Assembly: GCA_963709405.1 (NCBI GenBank)
Contig: CAVPXM010000063.1
Location: forward strand, 32,001 to 96,000
Reading direction: 5' to 3'
Length of the DNA stretch: 64,000 bases
From: an uncultured Nitrososphaerales archaeon
GTDB lineage: Archaea > Thermoproteota > Nitrososphaeria > Nitrososphaerales > Nitrososphaeraceae
Every line of letters starts with the position of its first letter. Positions within the stretch are counted from its first letter, which is position 1. Made by a program: the position numbers and the translations under genes. The notes below the pieces were generated by a model. That model was not told where the DNA came from, made no database searches, and saw only the letters and a program-made list of their open reading frames with translations. Below are positions 43,014 through 54,095 of the stretch, in pieces.

Positions 43014-43406
43014 CTATCCTTTTGCCCTGACAATTTTTATCCTTCCCAAGACCTTCCAGTACTCAACTTCTCCACCCTGCCTGATTTTATCCTTAATCTC
43101 ATCTTCAACAGAAGAGGTCTCAAATACCTCGAAGGTCTCTAAATCCATAATTTGAAGCGTTTGCCCGGATATAGAGATGACCTGGCCACTCCGTTTGTCA
43201 ATTAGAGGAACTTCCATGTTTGCAGATACTGGCGACACCAGACTATGTTTAGAACCATCGAAAACTCCAATCGCCGCTACCCTGGCTTTAGCAGAACCAT
43301 GCTTGCCTGGTTTGCTATGATCATATGAAACTATCCTGCATGGTTCTCCATCTATAACAATATAAGATCCAACCTTCAAACTGCCTAAATCCATAGGTTT
43401 GCTCAA
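43014..43406 (-). CDS. eif5a: Translation factor aIF5A
   Basis: SKPGKHGSAK hypusine motif. Confidence 0.97.
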   Translation of the reverse strand: MSKPMDLGSLKVGSYIVIDGEPCRIVSYDHSKPGKHGSAKARVAAIGVFDGSKHSLVSPVSANMEVPLIDKRSGQVISISGQTLQIMDLETFEVFETSSVEDEIKDKIRQGGEVEYWKVLGRIKIVRAKG

Positions 43407-43456
43407 GATATATCATGCATAGCGCCATGGATTTCATATTTAACAGTTCTGATTGT

Positions 43457-44059
43457 TCATTTCAATTTCTCAAGAATTGATAGACTTATCAAATTACTTA
43501 ACGCGATGCCCCTTCTAACCACATCTCTCCTAGTACGTTCACAGTATTTTTGATCGCTCTGATGGGTTTTGTCACCGTCAACTTCGAGAACGAGGACATT
43601 TTTGGAATACGGAAATGCAAACTTGATGTGCCTTGAATTGAGTAGTTGAATATTTGCTAAACTAGCCTTGCTTACCCTATCGCGTCTGGCAATAATGTTA
43701 GCAATATCACTCATTTCATTAGCACCATACGAATATTTCATAAAATAAATCGAAATATAATTAAGCTTCTCATAAGTCTTCTCAAATATCGAGTTACTTA
43801 TATTGAATACAAAAGTCAACTTGCTATTAATTCCTTCCTTTATCTTTTCGCGGATGGATGAAGGATTTACAAACGAGGCCAATATATAGTGATTAGCTTC
43901 ATTTGGAAAATAGGGCAAAATTTCCTCCGAAAAAGTAGCTGTAACAAAGTACATATTGATTACGTCGTCACTTTTCTTCCAACAATTTATTAGCTCGTCG
44001 TAGTGGCTCTCATGCGGTGAACAAACGTACCCGTAAGATGATGTCCCGGAATATTCCAA
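43457..44059 (-). CDS. Hypothetical protein
   Basis: 200-aa ORF upstream of aIF5A. Confidence 0.7.
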   Translation of the reverse strand: MEYSGTSSYGYVCSPHESHYDELINCWKKSDDVINMYFVTATFSEEILPYFPNEANHYILASFVNPSSIREKIKEGINSKLTFVFNISNSIFEKTYEKLNYISIYFMKYSYGANEMSDIANIIARRDRVSKASLANIQLLNSRHIKFAFPYSKNVLVLEVDGDKTHQSDQKYCERTRRDVVRRGIALSNLISLSILEKLK

Positions 44060-44119
44060 ACCACAACTGGTACTACACGTATATATTAATACCTAACTAG
44101 CCATTAAAACAGAATATTA

Positions 44120-45049
44120 TTACGTATTATTCTCTATGTCCTGTCTCGAGATAAATTCATCATAGTCTATGGATTTAGTGGTCTTTGAAGTATTCCATTT
44201 TGCGTTGTCCGTTCCACCTATTTTTCTAGAGAAGTACGGAACTAACATTAAAGAAGTGGCCGCTGCAGCGGCCTCCAAGGGTTTGGTACATATTGAACTG
44301 AGTACGCTCCCAAGCAATGATCTTAATGATGCGTGTAAGTTAAGTTCGTTTTGTAGCGTTTTCACTTGTTTATGGCCATTCTGAGCTCTTATCACCTGTG
44401 ACGAGAATTCAGATAGATTTGTAGGAGGCTTAAAGTAGACCAAGGCTCTGTCATTATAAATAACGTCGAAGCGGCTTTTCAGGACCAAACACTGAAGATA
44501 AAGATCTACTGCTATAATTTCTTGTGGAATTTGAATGCTTTTTGCGAGATCGGAACAAATACACAATGCTCTCCCCATGACTGTATATTTGGACAGTTCC
44601 CTCTTTCTCAGCGAGCGAAGCCATTCCATAATAAAGGAACAAGCTTTTCCAGTGATACCTGTTGTTTCTATTGGACTTTGATTCGTTGCGCACAGTCCTA
44701 CCCGTTCCTTTTTGGCCAATGAACCCACCAATTCTGCAATACAATCTCTTTCAACGACAACATCTGCATCAAATAATATTATTATTTTCTCCATTGCTTC
44801 CTTGAATATCTCATTCCACGCAGCCGCTGTTCCCCTTCTGATATCATGATGATGAAGTTTGACATTTAGCGATGGATTCCGTTCTTTGAAGTTCTGAATT
44901 AATTGAGGTGTAGAATCCGTAGAGTCATCAGATATAATTACTTCTTTGATGAGGATCTTATCAATATTGGATGAAAAAATGGATTTCAAGAGATTAGTTA
45001 TATTCCCTTCTTCATTGTATGAGGGGATTCCTATCGTCACTTCATTCAT
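44120..45049 (-). CDS. GT2-family glycosyltransferase
   Basis: IGIPSYNEE, SDDSTDST, FDAD motif. Confidence 0.9.
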   Translation of the reverse strand: MNEVTIGIPSYNEEGNITNLLKSIFSSNIDKILIKEVIISDDSTDSTPQLIQNFKERNPSLNVKLHHHDIRRGTAAAWNEIFKEAMEKIIILFDADVVVERDCIAELVGSLAKKERVGLCATNQSPIETTGITGKACSFIMEWLRSLRKRELSKYTVMGRALCICSDLAKSIQIPQEIIAVDLYLQCLVLKSRFDVIYNDRALVYFKPPTNLSEFSSQVIRAQNGHKQVKTLQNELNLHASLRSLLGSVLSSICTKPLEAAAAATSLMLVPYFSRKIGGTDNAKWNTSKTTKSIDYDEFISRQDIENNT

Positions 45050-45115
45050 TTTTATACTAGTACTGATAGAAAAATGGTTTTTAAGGGTTAGCAACCGAAT
45101 ATTGATATTGGCCGG

Positions 45116-46114
45116 ATGAGCAGAGTTCGAAGAGTGAGACAGCGTAGAATTCAAAAGAATAGATCATTGATCTTGAAAATGCTTATGGAAATAGGCCTTA
45201 GAAGGGAACAGCTCATAATGCCCCTCATCATCTATGAGAATAGAAAAATAAATAAAGATGACATAATACCTGGTGCGGTCTACGATTGTGAAACTGACAT
45301 TGTATACTCCGTTCGAAAAGGTCTCGAAGTAGGTATAAACTCATTCATTTTATTTGGAGTTCCAGATAGGCGGGATTCGAGAGGAACAGGGGCGTCTGAT
45401 AGTCACGGCATTGTTCAACGATCGGTAAGAAAGATTAAGAAAGAATTTGGAGATCAAGTAGAGATAATCACTGATGTTTGCGTCTGTCAATACAACCTAA
45501 GCGGTCACTGTGGATTAACAGAGTATCATAATAACATTGTTGATAATGACACAACATTAGATCTACTTTGTGAGATCGCCCTGAGTCATGCGGAGTCTGG
45601 TGCGGACATGGTCTCACCTTCATCGATGATGGACGGTCAAGTTTATCGTATCCGTTCGTCATTGAATGAAAAAGGTTTCAAGAATGTCAAGATAATGTCA
45701 TTTTCTGCAAAACACTCTTCAAATTTATATGCACCATTTAGGACGATGGCTTTTACCAGCAATCTTCAAACCAGACCTTATCTCGATAAATCCACTTATC
45801 AGCTTTCCTTTTCCAATCAGCGTGAAGCTTTAAGAGAAATCGAAGCTGATATTAATGAGGGGGCAGATATCGTTATGGTAAAGCCTAGTCTAGCATATCT
45901 GGACCTACTACCGATGATCAGAGATAACATTGGTGATTTCCCTCTTGCTGTTCAAGTTGTTTCTGGAGAATTTGCAATGATCAGGGCAGCTTCATTACAC
46001 AAATGGATAGATGAGTCAGAATGGACTGTTTACTCGATCGCTTCAACTAGGAGAGCCGGCGCGGATAGGATTATCACGTACTCTTCCATAGATATTGCAG
46101 AATACCTGAAGTAA
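45116..46114 (+). CDS. hemB: Porphobilinogen synthase
   Basis: DVCVCQYNLSGHCG, SPSSMMDG, MVKPS, VSGEFAMI. Confidence 0.95.
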   Translation: MSRVRRVRQRRIQKNRSLILKMLMEIGLRREQLIMPLIIYENRKINKDDIIPGAVYDCETDIVYSVRKGLEVGINSFILFGVPDRRDSRGTGASDSHGIVQRSVRKIKKEFGDQVEIITDVCVCQYNLSGHCGLTEYHNNIVDNDTTLDLLCEIALSHAESGADMVSPSSMMDGQVYRIRSSLNEKGFKNVKIMSFSAKHSSNLYAPFRTMAFTSNLQTRPYLDKSTYQLSFSNQREALREIEADINEGADIVMVKPSLAYLDLLPMIRDNIGDFPLAVQVVSGEFAMIRAASLHKWIDESEWTVYSIASTRRAGADRIITYSSIDIAEYLK

Positions 46115-46437
46115 GATAGGTGTTGTGCGAAGTGATTGTCTCCGTCATGTTTGATTTTCAGATTCCTTATCAATAAAGTAATTTACCACATAGTAAAGCA
46201 ACACACAAGCGGGCCCGATAGTCCTATGTCATCTTCAACAGATTAGAGTTTCTGGTGGAGTCACTCGTACTTGTACTGCACTTAACCAGCATACCAATGT
46301 ATATTACCAACCTTCACTTGTCAACTGGACCAAATATAGAATTAGGCCCATAAATCTACTGTTATACACAAGGATTTTGGCTATTTATCCACAATCGAGT
46401 CACAATTATATACCATTCAAGTAGATCACGAAAATAT

Positions 46438-46609
46438 CCCGCGGTAGCTCAGCCTGGTAGAGCTTTCGGCTGTAGAAGTTGGCTTATAAATAGATATCAA
46501 GCTGACCGCGTAAACAGCCTATCGGGCATACACTGTGCAGTTACCGAAGAGTCGCAGGCTCAAACAAGGCTAGCAAAATCTTGCTTTGGGGCAAATCCTG
46601 CCCGCGGGA
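46438..46609 (+). tRNA. tRNA-Tyr(GTA) with a 67-nt canonical intron (46476-46542) and a 31-nt T-loop intron (46564-46594)
   Basis: CCCGCGG/CCGCGGG acceptor; TTCGG-CTGTAG|A-CCGAA; BHB helices CTGT/GCAG and GCTC/GGGC. Confidence 0.88.
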
Positions 46610-46846
46610 TATATTCTTGTTATCACACATACATTCTATGCTAACGAGTTATCCTATACTACAAAACCAACCATGATTACGTTTCGTTTGATCCTCCTAG
46701 GATTATCGCATTCCATCCTACGATGCAAAGTCGTTCTGAGTACAGATATTTATCAGCATAAGAATATCTTTCATTACAAAACAGACGCCTCACGATGAAA
46801 TCATTAAGAAGAGTACCTATGTGTATAATGAAGAAATGAGGATGGT

Positions 46847-47221
46847 TTAACTAGTTCTCGTTCGACTAGCTACCCATTTTCCTTCCTTTGAATTTGATTC
46901 CTGTAATTTCTGAAATTTTATCCTTAGGCGCTTAATGGTACCCGAGATGCATAATACTAGGGCTGGGGGGTCCATAAGTGGGATTGTCGAGAGTACAGTT
47001 TCTAAGAAGATTAGGTTACATCTGATTATATATACAGCATTGTCGTTATGACCGATATCCCTAACTGAAGACTTGTGAGCAACAATGAATCCATAAAGCT
47101 CCGCGATTCTCTGCGTTAATTCGAAGGCAAAGCCAGAATTGTGAAATCTATTCCCTGCAGCATCAGAAGTGAATCTGTCACATCTAACGGCGATGTATCT
47201 TCGCTTATGTCTCCTCTTCAA
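46847..47221 (-). CDS. rnp2: RNase P protein Pop5/Rpp14
   Basis: KRRYIAV, IIRC, ISGTIKRL; probable TTG start at 47221. Confidence 0.8.
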   Translation of the reverse strand: MKRRHKRRYIAVRCDRFTSDAAGNRFHNSGFAFELTQRIAELYGFIVAHKSSVRDIGHNDNAVYIIRCNLIFLETVLSTIPLMDPPALVLCISGTIKRLRIKFQKLQESNSKEGKWVASRTRTS

Positions 47222-47702
47222 CAAGATTAGTACACCGCTTAAGTAATCTGCTTTGTAGCCAGTTATTAAGGTCGTTCCAATAAGACAAAGGATCGATGTC
47301 ACATGTCCTAAGTAGTGCATCGAAGCTACGCCCAGAAACCATCTCGCAGATCGAAGATGCTCCACTGGATAGTATAAATTGGAATCCAGCATGTTTGCAG
47401 TAGGCGTAGAGAGATGAAATGTCAGCGATCCATTTGCCGAGCAGTTTTCCATCGGCTTGTCGTAGGTCTGATACAGTTACCTCCAGCCCAATGCCATGAC
47501 GCAACTTCCTTATGTCATCTAATCTAAGGTTGATATCCGTTAAACGAATGATATCAATATTGGGGATCGAGGATAAATCATTGATACATTTTGTCGTAAT
47601 AAGAAAAGGAGATTTAGGAACTGACGTTCCACTAGATCTGTATATTAAACTTGCTTTGATCTTTGTAAAATAATCATCAGTACCAAAGAGTGCAATGCCC
47701 AT
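47205..47702 (-). CDS. rnp3: RNase P protein Rpp30-like; true start may lie further upstream
   Basis: IGLEVTV, FILSSGASS pattern, and position between the COG1325 gene and Pop5. Confidence 0.7.
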   Translation of the reverse strand: MGIALFGTDDYFTKIKASLIYRSSGTSVPKSPFLITTKCINDLSSIPNIDIIRLTDINLRLDDIRKLRHGIGLEVTVSDLRQADGKLLGKWIADISSLYAYCKHAGFQFILSSGASSICEMVSGRSFDALLRTCDIDPLSYWNDLNNWLQSRLLKRCTNLVEEET

Positions 47703-47755
47703 AGATTGAGGGATGTCGCTCAGTTCATCAGCCTTGGAAAATCGAACGTATAAAT

Positions 47756-48217
47756 CTATTCGCCTAACGATAGAATCACCTTGTAGTCTGGTATGTGCGC
47801 TAGTTTCCTATAGGTTTTTACCGGCTTAAACTTTATCCTTACGGCATCAAATTCGCTAAGTTTTATTTTACCTCTACACATGGCTTGCTTATCGATTCTG
47901 ATGTACATATTTCCTTTTTCATCGACTAGGCTATGAAGTGTATTTTTCAATTGAACTTTGTCAACAGAATTCAATGCTAAAGAAATACTCAATGCCGTTG
48001 TCCTTGCCTCTTTTCCATCCAGAAGTGCAAATAAGTATGTTATAGGATTTCCCCAATGACCTTCTAATCTTTTGAAGAAAAACTTGTCTTCAGATATTGA
48101 AAATAGTTTTGCAGCTGACTTGAGGACACTATTTTCATCTTCAGTGGCATGCAAAACACAGCTTATCTCAGCCCCTGAAAACTGTTCAGATCCATTCACT
48201 TCATATTTGCTGGACAT
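47756..48217 (-). CDS. Predicted exosome-associated RNA-binding protein (COG1325)
   Basis: HATED, EGHWGNPI, YIRIDKQ. Confidence 0.85.
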   Translation of the reverse strand: MSSKYEVNGSEQFSGAEISCVLHATEDENSVLKSAAKLFSISEDKFFFKRLEGHWGNPITYLFALLDGKEARTTALSISLALNSVDKVQLKNTLHSLVDEKGNMYIRIDKQAMCRGKIKLSEFDAVRIKFKPVKTYRKLAHIPDYKVILSLGE

Positions 48218-48259
48218 CGAGGCCGTATGATTTCATTGAAGGGAATAACTATAAAGATT

Positions 48260-48931
48260 CTATGCTGCTGCCTCAGCAGTCTGTTCACTGTCCTCAGGCA
48301 TTACCTGAATTTCTTTAGCCTCTTCAATTGCCCTTGATTGAGGTGTGGAGATCAACTTGGTTTTCTTAATTCCTATATGACGAAGTGACGCGATCTTCTT
48401 CGCCTCAGCCAGGAGATCGGCACCCATTTTTCCAAGGGTCACCTCCTGGACAAATTGATCTACCGTTAGTTTTGCGATATTAGCAGTCAACTGACTATGT
48501 GCTACCATGCGAATTTGATGCTTCTTGGAAGAGTTCAATCTTCTCTGAGTAAATGCTACTACTTCAACTCTAAAGGTGTAACCGTCTGTAGTCATGTAAT
48601 CGTGTATAAAACTTATCATAGAACTGCCTCTTCTTATTAGGCTTCTCAAGAACTCTTTTGCATACTCATGACCTTTGAAAACCGTGGTGGCTGAACCCTC
48701 AGCAATCTTCTCAATTTTAACGAAAACTTTTGTTTGATGTTGTGTTGGATCTTGTTTTAAGATGTCAAACATGGTATTTTCGAGTACTCGACCCTTCGCA
48801 CCATTCTGATCAGTAATCGGAACGTAATTTAGCGCACCGCCACCAAAAGCAGAAGGCGAATTAACGATTATCCATTGTTTGTCACGCCATTTATCTCTAA
48901 CTCGACCTCCCCTTTTACCTCCCTTTACCAT
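48260..48931 (-). CDS. rps3ae: 30S ribosomal protein S3Ae (eS1)
   Basis: RDKWRDKQW, FKGHE, LRSLIRRGSS. Confidence 0.95.
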   Translation of the reverse strand: MVKGGKRGGRVRDKWRDKQWIIVNSPSAFGGGALNYVPITDQNGAKGRVLENTMFDILKQDPTQHQTKVFVKIEKIAEGSATTVFKGHEYAKEFLRSLIRRGSSMISFIHDYMTTDGYTFRVEVVAFTQRRLNSSKKHQIRMVAHSQLTANIAKLTVDQFVQEVTLGKMGADLLAEAKKIASLRHIGIKKTKLISTPQSRAIEEAKEIQVMPEDSEQTAEAAA

Positions 48932-49639
48932 CAAATCTACATTTTGCATCCAAAATATAAGTTGTTGGAAAAGTGTCGCGAAAGCCTGAGAAGCATCATT
49001 AACTAGACGAGAACTGAACTTTGATGAGTAGCTGGGGGTAACCAGCCCTCTCTAGTCTAAGACCGTTCTTGAATCCTTTATCTTCCTTTAGTTTCTTCAA
49101 TGACTAGGCCCTTTAGTAGATTCATTGTATGTATTGCATAAGTCCCCTTGTGGTTCTCTATATAACAACTGCGATGGACAGAACTTTTCGCTCAACTTTT
49201 CATGGTAATTCCAGAATATACTAAACTATTTTCTCTTATTTCAATTCATATTATTCATTTTCGTCCTTGTTGGGTAGTCGAATACAGGGTTCTAGTACAT
49301 TTCACATTCACCAATAACATTCGTAAGGTATTTTTGTACCACTGAAATTGTGTCTTAATGAATCGAGTAAGGTTTATCAGCACATAAACCAGGAGAAAAA
49401 TCGTTACCTAAGGGCTTCCATTTGCCAACACTAAAAATCAGGCAACAGGACGTCTTCACTTTAATCCCTAACAGCAGTCTATCTAGGGAGCTAGCAGTAA
49501 AGATACAATATTGCATGACGCTCTCGCCAATCATCCTGACAATAAATTAATTCTTGAATTAGCTACTGATTTAACAAAAAAGGAGAGATTGGACGGGTTT
49601 GATGTCCGCTTAATTCTGTGCGCCGGTCTCAGTTTTTCA

Positions 49640-52600
49640 TTAAGCACAACCTACTGCGGCTGCTGCAGCTGCTGCAGCTGCCGGCGAAGCTCCAGCTCGC
49701 TGTTGCTGCTGCTGCGGCTGCTGCAGGCTGTACCAGCTGCCGATGCTCCACTAGCTGCTGCGCTTGAGGCTGCTGACGCTGCGGCTGCTGCGAGCTGCTG
49801 GCGAAGCGCCTGCTACTGTAGTGGCTGCTGCGGCTGCCGCTGCGGCTGCTGCGGCTGTACCAGCTGCCGAGGCTCCACTAGCTGCTGCGCTTGAAGCGGC
49901 TCCTGCTGCTGCTGCTGGCTGGCTGCCTGGCGATCCTCCTGCTGCTGCTGCTGCGGGCTGCTGCCGGCTGCTGCAGCGGATGCCGTTGGTGAACCTCCAG
50001 CAGATGAAGCTGCCTGCTGCGGCTGCAGATGCCACGCCACCTATAGATGCTCCGGCTGCGACTGCGGATGAGGCTGCACTCGCCGCTGCCAATGCCGCTG
50101 ATGCACTACCACCTGCTGAAGATGCGGCTGCTGCGGCGGATGCTGCTGGTGGTACCACCAGCTGGCTGCGGCTGCTGCGGCTGCTGCTGCTGGCCGGCGA
50201 TGCTCCTGCTGCTGCTGCTGCTGCTGCGGCTGCTGAGGCAACTCCGGTTGGTGAGGCTCCATTAGCTGCTGCGCTTGAAGCTGCTGCTGCGGCTGCTGCT
50301 GCGGCTGCTGATGAAGCTCCTGCTGCAGAAGCGGCTGCTGCGGACGCTGCTGCGCAGGTACCACCTGGTGAAGCTCCAGCTGCTGCGGGCTGCTGCCGGC
50401 TGCTGCTGAAGCAACTCCGGATACAGATGCTCCACTAGCTGCTGCACTTGAGGCTGCTGACGCTGCGGCTGCTGCTGCCGATGTGGATGAGCCAGCCTTT
50501 TGCGCAGCAGACGATGCGGCTGAGGATGCTGCTGTGGCTGCTGCTGAAGAGATTGGGGATTTCAAAAGTGATGACGCTGGCGGCTGCTGCTGTTGCCGCT
50601 GTCGAAATTGAGGAGGATATAGTGGATGCGGCTGCCGATGAGGCTCCAGCTGCAGTTGCTGCTGCTGCGGCTGCTGTGGCAACTCCTGAGGCTGAGGCTC
50701 CACGAGCTGCTGCACTTGCTGCTGCTGCGGCTGCTGCGGCTCCGGCTCCTGGTGAAGCTCCAGCTGCACTTGCTGCTGCTGTCGGCTGCTGCGGCTGCTG
50801 CTCCACCAGGTGAAGCTCCTGCTGCTGCTGCGGCTGCTGCGACTGCTGCTGGCTGTTCCAGCTGCCGATGCTCCACTAGCTGCTGCGCTCGAAGCGGCTG
50901 ACGGCAGCTGCTGCGGCTGCCGCAGATGAAGATCCAGCTGAAGATGCGGCTGCTGCGGCTGCTGCAGAGGTGGCTCCACCTGCTGCGGCTGCTGCGGCTG
51001 CTGCGGCTGCTGCAGGTGAGGCTCCAGCTGCTGTTGCTGCTGAGGCTGCTGGAGATGCTGCACTTGCTGCTGAGGCTCCACTAGCTGCTGCACTTGCTGC
51101 TGCTGCGGCTGCTGCGGCTCCGGCTGCTGGTGAAGCTCCAGCTGGCACTTGCTGCTGCTGCGGCTGCTGGCGGCTGCTGCTCCACCAGGTGAAGCTCCGG
51201 CTGCTGTTGCGGCTGCTGCGGCTGCTGCGGCTGTTCCAGCTGCCGATGCTCCACTAGCTGCTCGCGCTCGAAGCAGCTGCTGAAGCTGGCCTGCGCTGGC
51301 TGCTGCTGAAGATCCAGCTGAAGATGCGGCTGCTGCGGCTGCTGCAGAGGTGGCTCCACCTGCTGCGGCTGCTGCCGGCTGCTGCGGCTGCTGCAGGTGA
51401 GGCTCCAGCTGCTGCTGCTGCTGAGGCTGCTGCAGATGCTGCACTTGCGGCTGAGGCTCCACTCAGCTGCTGCAGCTTGCTGCTGCTGCGGCTGCTGCGG
51501 CTCCGGCTGCTGGTGAAGCTCCAGCTGCACTTGCTGCTGCTGCGGCTGCTGCCGGCTGCTGCTCCACCAGGCGAAGCTCCAGCTGCAGTTGCGGCTGCCT
51601 GCTGGCTGCTGCGGCTGTTCCAGCTCGCCGATGCTCCACTAGCTGCTGCACTGCTGCGAGCTAGCTGCTGAAGCTGCTGCTGCGGCTGCTGCTGAAGATC
51701 CAGCTGAAGATGCGGCTGCTGCGGCTGCTGCAGAGGTGGCTCCACCTGCTGCGGCTGCTGCCGGCTGGCTGCGGCTGCTGCTGGTGAAGCTCCAGCTGCC
51801 TGCTGCTGCTGAGGCTGCTGGCAGATGCTGCACTTGCGGCTGAGGCTCCACTAGCTGCTGCACTTGCTGCTGCTGCGGCTGCTGCGGCTCCGGCTGCTGG
51901 TGAAGCTCCAGCTGCACTTGCTGCTGCTGCCGGCTGCTGCGGCTGCTGCTCCACCAGGTGAAGCTCCAGCTGCGGTTGCGCGCTGCTGCGGCTGCTGCGG
52001 CTGTTCCAGCTGCCGATGCTCCACTAGCTGCTGCGCTTCAAGCTAGCTGCTGGAAGCTGCTGCTGCGGCTGCTGCTGAAGATCCAGCTGAAGATGCGGCA
52101 GCTGCCGGCTGCTGCAGAGGTGGCTCCACCTGCTGCGGCTGCTGCGGCTGCTGCTGGCTGCTGCAGGTGAGGCTCCAGCTGCTGTTGCTGGCTGAGGCTG
52201 CTGCTGCGGCTGCTGCTGCGGCTCCATTATCAGCTGCGCTTGAAGCGGCTGCTGCGCGCTGCTGCTGCTGGCTGCGGTGAAGCTCCAGCTGCGGTGGCGG
52301 CAGTTGCGGCTGCTGCGGCTGCTGCTGCACTTGGAGTTGCACCCGAAGCAACTAGTGATGAGGCTGCCGATGCGCCTGCACTTGCTGGTAACAACCCTTG
52401 GCTAGTTGCTGTTTGTGCCGCTGAGGTTGCATTAGAAAGTTGTGCTGGGTCTAATTTCTGAGTTGATAAGGCACTCTGTAAGGTTGATTGGAACTTTTCA
52501 GTTGATATGTTTTTGGCTGGCTAAAGTTTGCCCTGGTGGTGCAAAGCCAGGTGCTGTTGCATTTTGTTCCGATGAGAGGGCGGCGGCATTTTGAATAGGT

Positions 52601-53469
52601 CCAGGTGCTGTTGCATTTTGGGGTTGAGCTCCAGTTGCATTTTCAATTGGTGCAAAGCCAGGTGCTGTTGCATTTTGGGGTTGAGCTCCAGTTGCATTTT
52701 CAATTGGTGCAAAGCCAGGTGCTGTTGCATTTTGGGGTTGAGCTCCAGTTGCATTTTCAGGAGCAGCCAATTGTTGTGGGAAGTTTGTTGCTGGTCCGGT
52801 TAGGTTTTCAGGACTGGTGGCTGCTCTGGTGCTGGTGGTTGTTCCGGAAGGGTTTCAGGCTCCGGTTGGTTTTCAGGAGCGTGTCTGCTCTAGTTGCGCT
52901 GGTGGTTGTTCTGGAAGACCAGTTGCTGGTCCGGTTAGGTTTTCAGGAGGTGTCTGCTCTGTCGCTGGTGGTTGTTCTGGAAGACCAGTTGTTGGTCCGG
53001 TTAGGTTTTCAGGAGGTGTCTGCTCTGTCGCTGGTGGTTGTTCTGGTTGGCTAGTGTTATTTTCAGTTGAGGGTTGTCCGCTATTACCAGTTGAGGGTTG
53101 TTCGTTATTTTGAGTTGAGGGTTGAGGAATGATCGTGGGCAATGATCCTGAAGGGTTGTTTTCAGTTGACGGTTGTCCGCTATTATCAGTTGAGGGTTGT
53201 CCGCTATTATCAGTTGAGGGTTGTTGTGAAGGATTATTTCCGTTCGTATTATCATTAGTCGAGGAGTCCTGAGATCCGGAACTTCCACCTGAATCTTTCT
53301 TACTCTTTGAGAAAGATACTTGATATGTACTCAGAGGAAGTATCCCTGACAGAACGACGATTGAAACTATTACGACCGCAAATAACTGCTTATTTTTGGA
53401 TCTAAATGGATCGTAAAACACAGTTCCAGGTAGGCACCGTAATATAAATATGATTCGCCAATTCTGCAA
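49640..53469 (-). CDS. Large secreted or surface low-complexity protein (Pro/Thr repeats then a poly-Ala/Gly-Ala-Ser-Pro domain); reading frame broken by many indels
   Basis: N-terminal hydrophobic segment, then PSTDNSGQ, PEQPPATEQTPPENLTG and PQNATAPGFAPIENATGAQ repeats, then STEKFQSTLQSALS... leading into (A)nGASP repeats. Probable stop near 49640. Confidence 0.7.
49650..52330. repeat. GCT/GCG trinucleotide-rich array with a ~383-bp higher-order unit
   Basis: The anchor GATCCAGCTGAAGATGCGGC recurs at 50931, 51311, 51697 and 52080. Confidence 0.9.
52540..53225. repeat. Coding tandem repeats of 57, 63 and 24 bp
   Basis: 57-bp unit at 52601/52658/52715; GGTCCGGTTAGGTTTTCAGG units; CAGTTGAGGGTTGTCCGCTATTA units. 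Confidence 0.9.
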
Positions 53470-54003
53470 TACACTAGGATGCTAAATTAGACGCGTTGGT
53501 TTCGAAATTAGATTTATAATAACTGTCGTAATAGCACTAAAATATACAGGAATACTTACAATACCCGAACAAATGCCCCTAGGCACTGTCTTTTATGCAT
53601 GAGTTTAACATAACAGCAGTGACATGCCGAACGTATCGCAAATTAATCATCGCATCCTGCCTTTCTCGGAATAAACTATATTGTTTAGGGTTACGATGCG
53701 AATCATTCACGTACTAATTCCAATTCCAATTATCGCGACAAAAATCATATCTTCGTCTACTTTTTTGAAATGCAAATGCTTGGACGTGGCTACCAATTTA
53801 TTGTATGACCTATGCGGCGAATGCCAACGTTCAATCAATATTATCTCCACTTTGACAAGTTGGAATGAAATGTGCTCGAAAAGGGTTTTTGCATGTTAAT
53901 GCAGGTATACGCGGTCTTTATGACTTGCAAATATTCTTACCTACAGCTCGTTGACGATTGCCTTCCACACGTTGATAATCCAGGATTCTGAAAGGCCACG
54001 CCT

Positions 54004-54095
54004 GTGCAGGAAACTGAATCCGTCATAACAAGGATTGCAACAATAAACGACTAGGCGGTAAGTACCAAACCCCGCCTGTGCATGATACTAATCCT
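54004..54095 (+). CRISPR. Putative single repeat-spacer-degenerate repeat unit of a second (37-38 nt) repeat family
   Basis: GTGCAGGAAACTGAATCCGTCATAACAAGGATTGCAAC (AATCC/GGATT stem, ATTGCAAC end), a 36-nt spacer at 54042-54077, then GTGCATGATACTAATCC matching the 5' half. Confidence 0.5.

Noticed and set aside
49511-52461. Dozens of overlapping Leu/Arg-, Gln/Pro-, Cys- or Ser-rich ORFs on both strands
   Set aside because: They are shadow frames of the stop-poor GCT/GCG repeat; one - strand Ala-rich gene explains them.
53805-53820. GACCTATGCG as a possible partner end for the 54.4-kb cassette
   Set aside because: The match is too short and there is no TAA/TAG target duplication.
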